A stretch of DNA of 54,530 nucleotides from Faecousia sp. (lineage in GTDB: Bacteria > Bacillota > Clostridia > Oscillospirales > Oscillospiraceae). The position numbers and the translations under genes were made by a program. The notes under the pieces were generated by a model, which worked only from the letters and a program-made list of their open reading frames with translations, did not search any database and was not told where the DNA came from. Shown in pieces: positions 36,122 to 45,928 of the stretch. The first letter of the stretch is position 1; the number at the start of each line of letters is the position of its first letter. Location: assembly GCA_045592805.1 (NCBI GenBank), contig JAZNVK010000234.1:1-54530 (forward strand), in the 5' to 3' direction.

Positions 36122-39100
36122 ATGAAACAGCGCTTATTGGCCTGCATGCTGTTGTTTTCCATTCTGATCTCAATTTTTTCCGGCTGTTCTGAACCCTCGG
36201 AACAGGAAAATGAGATTAAGGAACTTGTCGCGGGAGATATCACTGCTGCTACCGATGGCAACTGGTCTTTCACCAGGGAATGGACAGTTACCAGAGAAGA
36301 CAGTGGTGCAGAAACTTTGACAGTTACCGCCCTGGAAGATTCCACTGCATGGAACACGTTTTTCAAGCTCTATGAGGATTGGACTGTTTCTGCCTCCGTC
36401 CAGCTTCTGGAGCGTTACGGAGATACAGACTGCGTACGCCTCGTATTTGGCGATGGATTTAATAATATTCTTTTCGTTGTCTCTGCAGAGATCTACGGTG
36501 ACACCGTCCTTCTAAAGGCGGATTCTCTCACGGATAACGGCTGGAAGACGGTTTTTGAAGCTGATGAATGGGTTGGCTTTGATCCTTCAATGCCCATGCA
36601 GCTCAAAGTTGTAAGAAACAACGGTGCAACCAAGCTGGAGCTTAGCTTAGAGCAAAACGGGACTGTCCTTTGCGAAGGAAAGACGAGAACCGTTACCATT
36701 GATGTGCTGGATGCGATTAACCGTCCGGGCTTCAGTATTTATCACGGCAGTGCAAGCTTCTCTTCTTTGGCTGTTCGTGCCACAAAGCCTTCCAACCGTC
36801 CTAATGAAGTGGTAGAAGGCATTTTTGAAGCAGGGGAGCATGTCCCCACCGAAGAATGGCTCTGCGGCGAAGGTGCTGTACATAACCTGATCGATAATGC
36901 TTCTGCCATTGTGATTGACGGCCAGGGTGAGCGCCTTGCATGGAACACTGTCACCGATCTGTCCGTTGATCAGTGGACACTGACCATGGATGTGGAATTT
37001 GGTAAAAGCTATCGTGATTCCGTCTGCTCCCGTTATATTTTTGGTCCCTCTGCTGAGCTTGAAGGAAATGTCGTTGGTCTCTTCACCGTTAACTATATAA
37101 ACGGTACCGTAGACTTTTCCGCTCAGGTAAAGGAGGGCGGCGGTTGGATCACAACTGCCACCTCCATGGGCTGGATCCCTGTAAGCTCCAGAGGCGTACA
37201 GGTACAGTTCGTCAAATATAAAGACATCAACCGTATTGCTATTTTCCTCTACGATAAGGGCGTTCCCGTTTTTTCCACCTTTACCGATGAAATGGAGCAG
37301 TCTAAGATCGACAGCTTTAAGCGTTTTGGCTGCATGGTCTACTCCTCTCAGGTACGCTTCAGTGGTTTTACATTTGAGGAAACAGCAGACGAGAGCATCA
37401 TGCCCTCCATGACCGAAAAGGTTTATCCCTCCCTGTCCGCAATGGAAGCGCCTGTGGGCGAAAAGTCCTCCCAGTGGACACTGAGCCGCAATGCGGTGTA
37501 TTTCACTGAAGATGGAAAGCCCGGTCTGTATATTAACTCCAAGGGTGAGGAATTCAGCTACTATACCGGCCGATCCATCCGCGGTGCCTGGTCCTTCTCC
37601 TCTGTGGTTGATTTCGGCAAGTATTATTCTGACACTGCAGGCATTCGTATTGCCTTCAAGAATACCGATGACCGTTTTGCGGCATTATTGACCGTGAAGT
37701 ATAGTCCCGGCGGCAACAATATCGAAGCAAATCTTCAGACCTACATCGAAGAAACCGATGATTGGAATGATGTAATGAAGTCCGGCTGGCAAATGGGTGG
37801 CCCCTCTTTCCTGCTGGAACTGTCCGGAGATGAGAGCGGTACTTTTACTCTGCGGATTCTGAAGGCAGACGGCAGCAAGGTGATCTACGAGAACACCATT
37901 ACGCTGGAGGAAGCGGTCATCAAGAATATGCAGGTCATCGCACTTTCTCCCATGACCTCCGAAGCAAAGTATTCGGATATGAGTATCAACTTCACAGGCC
38001 CTGCGGTTTCTGTGAATATCAGTTCCGGCGATTCCTCCAATAAGACCATGTATCCTATCTACACCGCAACCCCGGCGAGTACGGATTTGTGGTCCATGGA
38101 GGAGGGCGTTACTTACGATTCCGAGGGGGCTCTTGTGATCTCCACCGGAACCAATGCATACTCTTATCGGAATGGAATCCAGATTGTCGATGGTTTTAAT
38201 ATTTCCACAGACATTCTGTTCGGCCGTCTGGACAGCAGTGGCTGCTGTACCCCCAGACTGGTTCTGGTAGACGGTAGCAGAAATATGCTGGCACTCTTTA
38301 CCATCAAGTTCTCTGAAAACTTCGAAATTCTGGTAGAAGGAGAGTATAACCATTCCGGCAACTGGACCAAGTGCTTTGGTGACGGCAGATGGCGTGCGGT
38401 TCAGGATAACCGTGTTCACGTGAACCTTTCCCGCCAGCCCGGCAGCAATTCCTGCTATTTCAGCATTACAGATTTCGGTGGGAATCTGGTTTATGCGGTT
38501 TCCATTGATATGCCCGCCGGTGTTGCCCGTCAGATCGCAGGCTTCGGCCTGGGTGTGGACAATTCCTCCGCACGTTTTACCAATATGTCCTGCAAGCTCA
38601 GCGGAAGCACCAGCGCCTCTGATGACATGGCGGATTACGGTCTGTATAGTCTTGAGGTTGGCACCCCTGCCACCACGGATCTCTGGACCGGCGGCGAAGG
38701 TATCACCTATAATACGGAAGACGCTCTGGTAATCTGCACCGATACCAACGCCTATTCCTACCGTAATAACTTCGAGATCGTTGACGGCTTCGAAATCAAG
38801 ACCGATATTCTCTTCGGCGGTCTGGACAGCTCCGGCTGCAGTACCCCCAGAATTGTTCTTGTCGACAATAACCGCAACATGGTCTCTCTCATTACAATTA
38901 AGTTCTCCATTAATAACTGCGATATCCTTGTGGACGGAGAATACAACTATTCCGGCAGTTGGACGCATAATCTGGGTGACGGACAGTGGAGGAAGGTTCA
39001 GGATAATCGGGTTCATGTTGTCCTTTCCCGAACTCCCGATTCTAATATTATTAATCTTACCATTTGCGACTTCAGTGGAGCGGAAGTTTTCAAGCAGAGC

Positions 39101-40969
39101 ATGGATATGCCCGCAGCGGTTGCCCGACAGATCGCAGGCTTCGGTTTGGGCGCCGATAACTCCGATGCTAAATTCTCCAATATTTCCTGTAGCCTCAGCG
39201 GCCGTGATTCTGCCTCTGATGACGTAGAGGACTACGGACTCATCGGCATCGCTCCCGGTAATGAAACTACAACAAGCGATTGGGCGCTGGAGGAAGGCGC
39301 AAGCTATCTGGATAACGATACGCTGCTGATTGAAGGCTCCAGCGTCTTCGCAAAAGATCTGAACACCACAATCACCAACGGTTTCCGGATCAGCGGCAAT
39401 ATTCTCTTTGCCTCTCTGGATGACAGCAATTGCTCTACCGCCCGTATTGCATTGCTCAACGAAAAGGGCGATAAGCTCGGTATTTTCACCTTCAAGTTCT
39501 CTCTGAATATGGACATGATGGTTACAGGCGAGTATGATGCCGGCAGCGGTTGGGTCAACTGCGTCAGCGATACCTCCTGGCGTCTGATTCAGGATAATCG
39601 ACTCCACTTTGTCCTGACTCGTGAGGATAATGACACGAGAATTCGGGTGCAAATCATGGACTTCTCCGGCAATACCATCTTTGACGAGACCTGCAGCATG
39701 CCCTACAATGTAGCTTCTCAGATTCGAAGCTATGCCGTAGGTGTTGACAATTCCAAGATCCAGTTCTCTGAGGTCTATGCTACTGCTTCCGACTCTACCA
39801 TGGATGAGCAGCAGATGACTCCCATTGTAGAAACCGGATCGCCTGTAGGCAGCGGTGTCTGGACAGCAGCCGGGGGCGCAAGTTTTTACTCCGACGGCTC
39901 TGTGATCCTGGAGGCCATAGCAGGGGAGACATATACCTATCGTACAGACATCAGCATCACCGATGCATTGTCCTTCCGTGGAAAGCTGCAATTTGGTACT
40001 TTAGCTGATGACGGAACGTCCACTGCACGAATCGTCCTCACAGACAGCAATAATTCCACCGTGGCTCTCTTTACGGTATCTTTTGACAAGAACATGAAGG
40101 TGATGGCACAGGGGCAGTATCTCTCCGACGGTAACTGGGTTACCTGCATCCCGGACACCGGTTGGCAGCCCAGCAGCGGAAATATTGTCCATGTGGAGCT
40201 GACAAGAGTTTCCGGAAGCTCTGTTTTGATGCTTCAGGTCAAGGACAATTCCGGAATTACGCTGATCACGGCTTTTACTTCAGCACTACCTGAGACGGTC
40301 GGAACCGCTGTGAGAAACCTGGGTATTGGCTGCTATAATACCAAGGTCAAGTGGTCCGAGATGGAGATTAGCACAGACTCCTCCTCTCAGGGCGGCATTA
40401 CAGGGGACGGAGAAGAGTCCATCATCATCGATTCTACGACCACATCTCCCTTCTGGACCGGCGGTAACGGAATCGTACATACAACTGACGGGCGCATCAT
40501 TACCTCCGGCAGCGGCGATGTGTATTCGTACTACACCGGTGAAGCCCTTACGGACAGCTACACCATCCGTGCCGATATCGTCTTTGGCGAAAAAGCGGCA
40601 GACGGTACCAGCACCGCTCGCATCATGCTTGCAGACTCCGGGCAGTCTCCCGTTGGCTTATTTACTTTTAAGTATGACAACGAGAAAAAGCTGCGCATCG
40701 AGGGTCAGCAGTTCTTTGGCGGAAGCTGGACCACCTTACTTACGCAGGAATGGACACAGATCGGATCGAACCATATTGTCGTTTCGATCACCAAGACATC
40801 CGATTCTAAAAAATGGGTTCTGACCGTTACCAAGGTGGATGGAACCTACATCTACTCCGGTTCCACCGTGGATCTTTCAGAAGAGGTTTTGGCTGCGGTG
40901 ACCTGCTGCGGATTAGGAAGCTATAGCTCCCAGGTCCAGTTCAGCGAGATCAGCGTAAGCGCTGAGTAA
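36122..40969 (+). CDS. 1615-aa lipoprotein made of eight tandem ~198-aa beta-rich domains
   Basis: Lipobox FSGC; unit-start Trp codons at 36263, 36857, 37475, 38090, 38684, 39281, 39860, 40454; units end G...S...FS.I. Confidence 0.8.
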   Translation: MKQRLLACMLLFSILISIFSGCSEPSEQENEIKELVAGDITAATDGNWSFTREWTVTREDSGAETLTVTALEDSTAWNTFFKLYEDWTVSASVQLLERYGDTDCVRLVFGDGFNNILFVVSAEIYGDTVLLKADSLTDNGWKTVFEADEWVGFDPSMPMQLKVVRNNGATKLELSLEQNGTVLCEGKTRTVTIDVLDAINRPGFSIYHGSASFSSLAVRATKPSNRPNEVVEGIFEAGEHVPTEEWLCGEGAVHNLIDNASAIVIDGQGERLAWNTVTDLSVDQWTLTMDVEFGKSYRDSVCSRYIFGPSAELEGNVVGLFTVNYINGTVDFSAQVKEGGGWITTATSMGWIPVSSRGVQVQFVKYKDINRIAIFLYDKGVPVFSTFTDEMEQSKIDSFKRFGCMVYSSQVRFSGFTFEETADESIMPSMTEKVYPSLSAMEAPVGEKSSQWTLSRNAVYFTEDGKPGLYINSKGEEFSYYTGRSIRGAWSFSSVVDFGKYYSDTAGIRIAFKNTDDRFAALLTVKYSPGGNNIEANLQTYIEETDDWNDVMKSGWQMGGPSFLLELSGDESGTFTLRILKADGSKVIYENTITLEEAVIKNMQVIALSPMTSEAKYSDMSINFTGPAVSVNISSGDSSNKTMYPIYTATPASTDLWSMEEGVTYDSEGALVISTGTNAYSYRNGIQIVDGFNISTDILFGRLDSSGCCTPRLVLVDGSRNMLALFTIKFSENFEILVEGEYNHSGNWTKCFGDGRWRAVQDNRVHVNLSRQPGSNSCYFSITDFGGNLVYAVSIDMPAGVARQIAGFGLGVDNSSARFTNMSCKLSGSTSASDDMADYGLYSLEVGTPATTDLWTGGEGITYNTEDALVICTDTNAYSYRNNFEIVDGFEIKTDILFGGLDSSGCSTPRIVLVDNNRNMVSLITIKFSINNCDILVDGEYNYSGSWTHNLGDGQWRKVQDNRVHVVLSRTPDSNIINLTICDFSGAEVFKQSMDMPAAVARQIAGFGLGADNSDAKFSNISCSLSGRDSASDDVEDYGLIGIAPGNETTTSDWALEEGASYLDNDTLLIEGSSVFAKDLNTTITNGFRISGNILFASLDDSNCSTARIALLNEKGDKLGIFTFKFSLNMDMMVTGEYDAGSGWVNCVSDTSWRLIQDNRLHFVLTREDNDTRIRVQIMDFSGNTIFDETCSMPYNVASQIRSYAVGVDNSKIQFSEVYATASDSTMDEQQMTPIVETGSPVGSGVWTAAGGASFYSDGSVILEAIAGETYTYRTDISITDALSFRGKLQFGTLADDGTSTARIVLTDSNNSTVALFTVSFDKNMKVMAQGQYLSDGNWVTCIPDTGWQPSSGNIVHVELTRVSGSSVLMLQVKDNSGITLITAFTSALPETVGTAVRNLGIGCYNTKVKWSEMEISTDSSSQGGITGDGEESIIIDSTTTSPFWTGGNGIVHTTDGRIITSGSGDVYSYYTGEALTDSYTIRADIVFGEKAADGTSTARIMLADSGQSPVGLFTFKYDNEKKLRIEGQQFFGGSWTTLLTQEWTQIGSNHIVVSITKTSDSKKWVLTVTKVDGTYIYSGSTVDLSEEVLAAVTCCGLGSYSSQVQFSEISVSAE

Positions 40970-40983
40970 AGGGAGGTACAGCA

Positions 40984-42273
40984 ATGAAACGAATTATCGC
41001 TATGATTTTGGCACTCGCCATGCTGCTCACGTTGTTTGCCGCCTGCGATCAGAATGAGGCCGACACAACAGAAAGTGAGGACACTATGACAACAGATATC
41101 GGGAATACTCCGATGCCCAAGACGAAGGCAGAAGCACTTCTCGCACAGATTTCTCCCGAAGATAGCGACTATCACCTGAAACTTGCTGAGCTGGCTGTTT
41201 CTGATATTATGGGTCATTACTGGATCGGTGATCTGGAAACCGGTTATTTCATGCCGGTTTGGAAAGGCTATCCGGAAGACCTGGCAGATGAACGCGGTGC
41301 CATCTGGGAAATGGCAGTGTGTATGTTTGCGGTTTATGACATGTGGGTCATCACCGGAGATGAAACTTATAAGCAGTACATGATCTGTGAGGCGAACTAT
41401 TATAAGGAGAATTTCTCTGATTCCCTCAGCGACATCGAAACAGCCGGCGCTTTGCTTAACACAGCAAGTGATGACTGTGCCTGGACAGCCCTGTTTATGC
41501 TTAACTGCTATACCGTAACTGAGGATATGTGGTTTGTTGAGCGTGCCATTAATCTGCTGGATGATGCCTATGCCCGTTGGCACGATAATCAGCTTGGCGG
41601 CGGTCTCTGGTATAAGGACGGCGACACATCAAAATCTCTTTATGAGGTTGGCATTGCCATGAGTTGGCTTCGGATCTGGGAGATCACCGGTGAGCAGCGC
41701 TTCTGGGATTTGGCTCTGGAGTCCTACAACTGGATGCACGACTACCTTGGCCGTGAAGACGGGATCTATGCCATCTCTATTTCAACGGCAGGGCAGGCAA
41801 GCGGACGGATCTCTGAAGCAGGCAGCTGCTCCTTCCTGGCCGGCAATATGGGTATGGCGGCGCTTCACGCAAAGCTGTATTCCATTACAGGTGAACAGAA
41901 ATATCTGGACCGTGTTTATGCCACAAACGACGGTATTATCAAGAATTATGATATCAATGGCATTCTTCTCAACGACAGAGATGCCTGGACAAACGGTACC
42001 TTCGCTACCTTCTACGCATCCTGGGTTCTCAGTCTCCCCAATACAGAGGAAATGCAGATACTCCTGAAGAATACCGCTACATCCATTGTTACCCGCGCCA
42101 GAACTGCAGACGGCTATTACGGCGGCTCCTGGCAGGGACCTGCCGACGGTCCTGCCTCTATTTGGGCCTCTAACGGCTCTGTGGCGTTGCAAACCATGAC
42201 CAGCGGCACCAGCGTATCTATTGTTGTTGCAGCAGCTATGCTGGAAGCCGGAATTGATGACTATGTTCGTTAA
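40984..42273 (+). CDS. Glycoside hydrolase family 76-like lipoprotein
   Basis: Lipobox FAAC; SDDCAW catalytic DD motif; WD..LGGG.W-like segment; G...Y/F...A helical repeats; W.GP. Confidence 0.8.
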   Translation: MKRIIAMILALAMLLTLFAACDQNEADTTESEDTMTTDIGNTPMPKTKAEALLAQISPEDSDYHLKLAELAVSDIMGHYWIGDLETGYFMPVWKGYPEDLADERGAIWEMAVCMFAVYDMWVITGDETYKQYMICEANYYKENFSDSLSDIETAGALLNTASDDCAWTALFMLNCYTVTEDMWFVERAINLLDDAYARWHDNQLGGGLWYKDGDTSKSLYEVGIAMSWLRIWEITGEQRFWDLALESYNWMHDYLGREDGIYAISISTAGQASGRISEAGSCSFLAGNMGMAALHAKLYSITGEQKYLDRVYATNDGIIKNYDINGILLNDRDAWTNGTFATFYASWVLSLPNTEEMQILLKNTATSIVTRARTADGYYGGSWQGPADGPASIWASNGSVALQTMTSGTSVSIVVAAAMLEAGIDDYVR

Positions 42274-42286
42274 GGAGGAAAATGAA

Positions 42287-44038
42287 ATGAAACTGACAAA
42301 GAGATTATTTGCACTACTCCTCGTTCTTGCTATGTTTGCAAGTCTTGCAACCCTTTTGACCGGCTGCGGTGGCGATGACGAAGTCGAACCCTCCGAATCC
42401 GAAACCAAGCCCACATCCGGTGTCGATGCCAGTGGCGAAGACACCATCGGCGCCTCCATCGATCTCCGCTCTACCGCTGATCCTTCCAATCCCGAAACCG
42501 ATCCCTACGGCCGTTACACGGAAACCGTAACCTTCACCACTGTCCGACAGTTGGATGTTGGCGCTAATTTCCCCGAGGGCATGGATGTCCTCAATAATCC
42601 CATTGTCAATCGTGTTCAGGAGACCCTGAATGTGGAAATGGAGCTTTTGTGGCAGTCTGCCGACTACTCCACCAAGCTGGATATGTGTCTGATTAACGAT
42701 GATCTTCCCGATGTTTTCTGGGTTGATAACTATCTCACGTATCAGGAGCTTCTGGACAACGATATGCTGGAGCCCCTGACCGATGCGTTCCGCAGCTGCG
42801 CCGGTGAGTATATGCGTGATTGCTACTCCAGCTTCGGCGGCGAAATCTTTGAGCCCTATATCTCCGACGGTGAGCTTTATGCACTTCCCAGCACCTACAA
42901 CGGCTATCAGCATTGCCTCCTGTGGATCCGTAAGGATTGGCTGGACGCTCTTGGCCTGGAGGCTCCCACCACTCGTGAGGAGCTGGTCAATGTAGCCAAG
43001 CAGTTTATGGAGAAGGATCCCGGCGGTAACGGTGCAGGCAATACCATCGGCATTGCGGTTCAGAGCACGCCCTTAGGGTCTTCCAGCAATTCCTTTGGTC
43101 TGGATGCCATTATGGCTTCTTTCGGCTCCTATCCGCAGCAGTGGATCTATGATGAGAACGGCAAGGTCGTCTACGGCTCCATTACGGATGAGACGAAGGA
43201 AGGTCTTTCCTACCTGGCACAGCTCTATGCTGACGGAATCATTGATCCCCAGTTCACCACCCGTGATTATTCCGATGTTATGGGCATGATGGCTACCGGC
43301 AAGTGCGGCATCTGCTTCTATCCGTGGAACCTGCCGTACTCTGCTTCTGATTTCCCCATTAACTGTCCTGATGGCGAGTGGCTCGTTCTGGAAGGTCCTG
43401 TCAACGATGCCGGCCAGTTTACTTATCTGTCCAACCGTACCGACAATGGTATTCTCTGTGTCCGCAAGGGTTATGAGCATCCCGAAGTTGTGATCAAGGT
43501 TGCCAACGTTGAGTTTGATATGTGGCGTGGCTTTGATGCAGAAGGCTATGAAATGTGCCAGCCTCTGCTGGAAGCCGGTACCACCTGGACCGCTCCCATG
43601 ATGACCGGCCATTTCAATCTGGAGTATGACGATGCCGTCATCCGTATCGGTGAGCTCTCGAGAAACTACATCGAAATGGGCATCGCCCCCGCCAATACCA
43701 CAGAATACAATATGCAGATGATCGAGAGCGCTAAGCGCTACTTTGATAATCCCTCCGCTAATGATACGGAAGGCTGGATCATGTATACTTCCAGATATAT
43801 TGCATCCAATGCCATCCAAAAGGGCGTAGAGATTCCTGCTGCATATCACTATTCCACCGAAGGCATGACCATGTTCTGGACCACGCTGGAGAAGATCGAG
43901 GATCAGTATTTCCTGGAAGTCATCACCGGTGCCAATTCCATCGATAACTTTGATAATTTTGTTGACCAGTGGCTCTCTCTGGGCGGTGAGGATATTACTG
44001 CAGAGGTTCAGGACATTGTGAATGAACGCGATAAGTAA
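42287..44038 (+). CDS. Sugar ABC transporter solute-binding lipoprotein (LplA-like)
   Basis: Lipobox LTGC; DLPD, LWIRKDWLDALGLE.P.T, LY.DG.IDP.F, FD.FV.QW...GG..I..EV. Confidence 0.92.
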   Translation: MKLTKRLFALLLVLAMFASLATLLTGCGGDDEVEPSESETKPTSGVDASGEDTIGASIDLRSTADPSNPETDPYGRYTETVTFTTVRQLDVGANFPEGMDVLNNPIVNRVQETLNVEMELLWQSADYSTKLDMCLINDDLPDVFWVDNYLTYQELLDNDMLEPLTDAFRSCAGEYMRDCYSSFGGEIFEPYISDGELYALPSTYNGYQHCLLWIRKDWLDALGLEAPTTREELVNVAKQFMEKDPGGNGAGNTIGIAVQSTPLGSSSNSFGLDAIMASFGSYPQQWIYDENGKVVYGSITDETKEGLSYLAQLYADGIIDPQFTTRDYSDVMGMMATGKCGICFYPWNLPYSASDFPINCPDGEWLVLEGPVNDAGQFTYLSNRTDNGILCVRKGYEHPEVVIKVANVEFDMWRGFDAEGYEMCQPLLEAGTTWTAPMMTGHFNLEYDDAVIRIGELSRNYIEMGIAPANTTEYNMQMIESAKRYFDNPSANDTEGWIMYTSRYIASNAIQKGVEIPAAYHYSTEGMTMFWTTLEKIEDQYFLEVITGANSIDNFDNFVDQWLSLGGEDITAEVQDIVNERDK

Positions 44039-44051
44039 GCGGTGAGTTCAT

Positions 44052-44942
44052 ATGAAAAATCGTAAAGATCAAAAGTATTACCACGCGATGCTGATCCCGG
44101 GCATGATTTTCCTGTTTGTCTTTGCAATCCTGCCTATGTTCGGTATCGTGATCGCCTTCCAGAATTTCAAACCTGCCAAGGGTGTATTTGAATCTGACTG
44201 GGTCGGTCTGCAGTGGTTTGAGTTTATGTTCAAGCTTCCGGACACCAAAGAGATCTTCGTCAATACCCTGGTGATCTCTGTGTCAAAGATCATTCTGAAT
44301 TTGATCGTTCCTCTGGTATTCGCCATCATTCTCTCCGAGGTCACCGGTAAAGCATTTAAGAAGTTTGTTCAGACCGTTACGTATCTGCCACACTTCCTGT
44401 CCTGGGTTATCCTGGCCGGCGTTCTGACCAATTTTCTGTCTTTGGAAGGTATCGTCAACACCATTATTGAGTTCTTTGGCGGAGACCCTATACAATTTCT
44501 GGCAGACAATAACTGGTTCCGCAAGATACTGGTCATAACAGACACCTGGAAAGGCTTTGGCTACAGTTCCATCGTCTATCTTGCTGCAATCACAAACATC
44601 GATCCGCAGCTTTACGAAGCGGCCGCTCTGGACGGAGCATCCCGCTTCAAGCGGATCGTTCATGTAACGATCCCCGGTATGCTGCCCATCATCATGCTGA
44701 TGCTTACCCTGAGCCTTGGCAGTGTTCTCAGCGCGAACTTCGACCAGGTCTTTAACCTCTATTCTCCCGTTGTCTATAAGACCGGCGATATTATCGATAC
44801 CTGGGTCTACCGTGCAGGTCTGTTGAATAATCAGTACAGCCTTGCAACAGCTGTGGGTCTGCTGAAGAGCGTTGTCAGCACCATTTTGATTGTCACATCC
44901 TATAAACTTGCGGATAAGTTTGCAGGATACCGAATTTTCTAA
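44052..44942 (+). CDS. Sugar ABC transporter permease (LplB-like)
   Basis: WVGL, YLPHFLSWV, W...G..SIVYLAAI..IDP.LYEAA.LDGA (EAA loop). Confidence 0.95.
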   Translation: MKNRKDQKYYHAMLIPGMIFLFVFAILPMFGIVIAFQNFKPAKGVFESDWVGLQWFEFMFKLPDTKEIFVNTLVISVSKIILNLIVPLVFAIILSEVTGKAFKKFVQTVTYLPHFLSWVILAGVLTNFLSLEGIVNTIIEFFGGDPIQFLADNNWFRKILVITDTWKGFGYSSIVYLAAITNIDPQLYEAAALDGASRFKRIVHVTIPGMLPIIMLMLTLSLGSVLSANFDQVFNLYSPVVYKTGDIIDTWVYRAGLLNNQYSLATAVGLLKSVVSTILIVTSYKLADKFAGYRIF

Positions 44943-44959
44943 GAGGGGAGGCAAGTATT

Positions 44960-45844
44960 TTGGTTGGTGAAAATACCCTGCGCTACAAAGTTGTAAACTG
45001 GATTCTGCGCGTTGTGCTGCTACTTGCCGCGTTGTGCTGCTTGCTGCCCATACTGAATACAGTAGCAATCTCCTTCTCTTCGAAGAGCTTTGTCAATGAT
45101 GTTGTCTTCTGGCCCAAGGGATTTACCCTTGCTTCTTACGAGAAGATTCTGGAAGACGAGCAGTTCTTCCGATCCTTCCTTACCTCTGTAATGAAGGTTG
45201 TTGTGGGTACGGCGATCAATATGCTCTTAACCATGCTGATGGCCTATCCCTTGAGTAAAAGCGACCGCATTTTCCCTGCGCGAGGCCATTACATGCGCAT
45301 CATCATTTTCTGCATGCTCTTTTCCGGTGGCACCATTCCCTGGTATATCGTTATCAGTTCTCTTGGTTTGATCGATACGTTCTGGGCTCTGGTTCTGCCC
45401 GGCGCCGTAAACATCGGCAACACAATCATCATGATGAACTTCTTCAAGGGGCTGCCCTCTTCTCTGGCAGAATCCGCTGCCATTGACGGTGCTTCTCCCG
45501 TGACAACCCTGTTTCGTATCTACGTTCCTCTGTCTACCCCGTCCATTGCGACACTGTCACTTTTCTGCATCGTAGGTCACTGGAACGACTATTTCAACGG
45601 CATGATCCTGATCAACAATCCTGAAAAAATCCCCCTGCAGACCTATATCCAGTCTCTTGTGGCGGACATCAGTACCAAGATCAACACCATGACCGCAGAG
45701 GAGATCAAAGCCTTCTCTGAAATATCCAGCCTGAACTTTAATGCTGCCAAGATCGTTGTAGCCATGATCCCGGTTCTCGTGATCTACCCGGTTCTGCAGA
45801 AGTATTTCATTTCAGGTCTGGTCATGGGTGCCGTCAAGGAATAA
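44960..45844 (+). CDS. Sugar ABC transporter permease (LplC-like)
   Basis: AYPLS, MLFSGG.IP.Y, L.ESA.IDGA, P.IAT..LF..VGHWN.YF, YP.LQKYF..G...GAVK. Confidence 0.95.
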   Translation: MVGENTLRYKVVNWILRVVLLLAALCCLLPILNTVAISFSSKSFVNDVVFWPKGFTLASYEKILEDEQFFRSFLTSVMKVVVGTAINMLLTMLMAYPLSKSDRIFPARGHYMRIIIFCMLFSGGTIPWYIVISSLGLIDTFWALVLPGAVNIGNTIIMMNFFKGLPSSLAESAAIDGASPVTTLFRIYVPLSTPSIATLSLFCIVGHWNDYFNGMILINNPEKIPLQTYIQSLVADISTKINTMTAEEIKAFSEISSLNFNAAKIVVAMIPVLVIYPVLQKYFISGLVMGAVKE

Positions 45845-45848
45845 TGTC

Positions 45849-45892
45849 AAGCCGGGAGGGCTGAGCGCAGTCTCGACCCCCCCGCGGCTTTT
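45849..45892 (+). other. Intercistronic GC-rich hairpin (partial terminator or mRNA stabiliser)
   Basis: aagccgggaggg...cccccgcggctttt imperfect stem with a U tail, between the permease and GH38. Confidence 0.5.
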
Positions 45893-45928
45893 AGATCCAG
45901 CAAACAAAATTTTGCCAGGAGGGAAAAA

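Noticed and set aside
37685-39991. 768-aa minus-strand ORF within the large lipoprotein (also 51019-52179 and 52240-53829 within the SLH gene)
   Set aside because: They mirror the repeats of the sense genes, which have an RBS, signal peptide and operon context.
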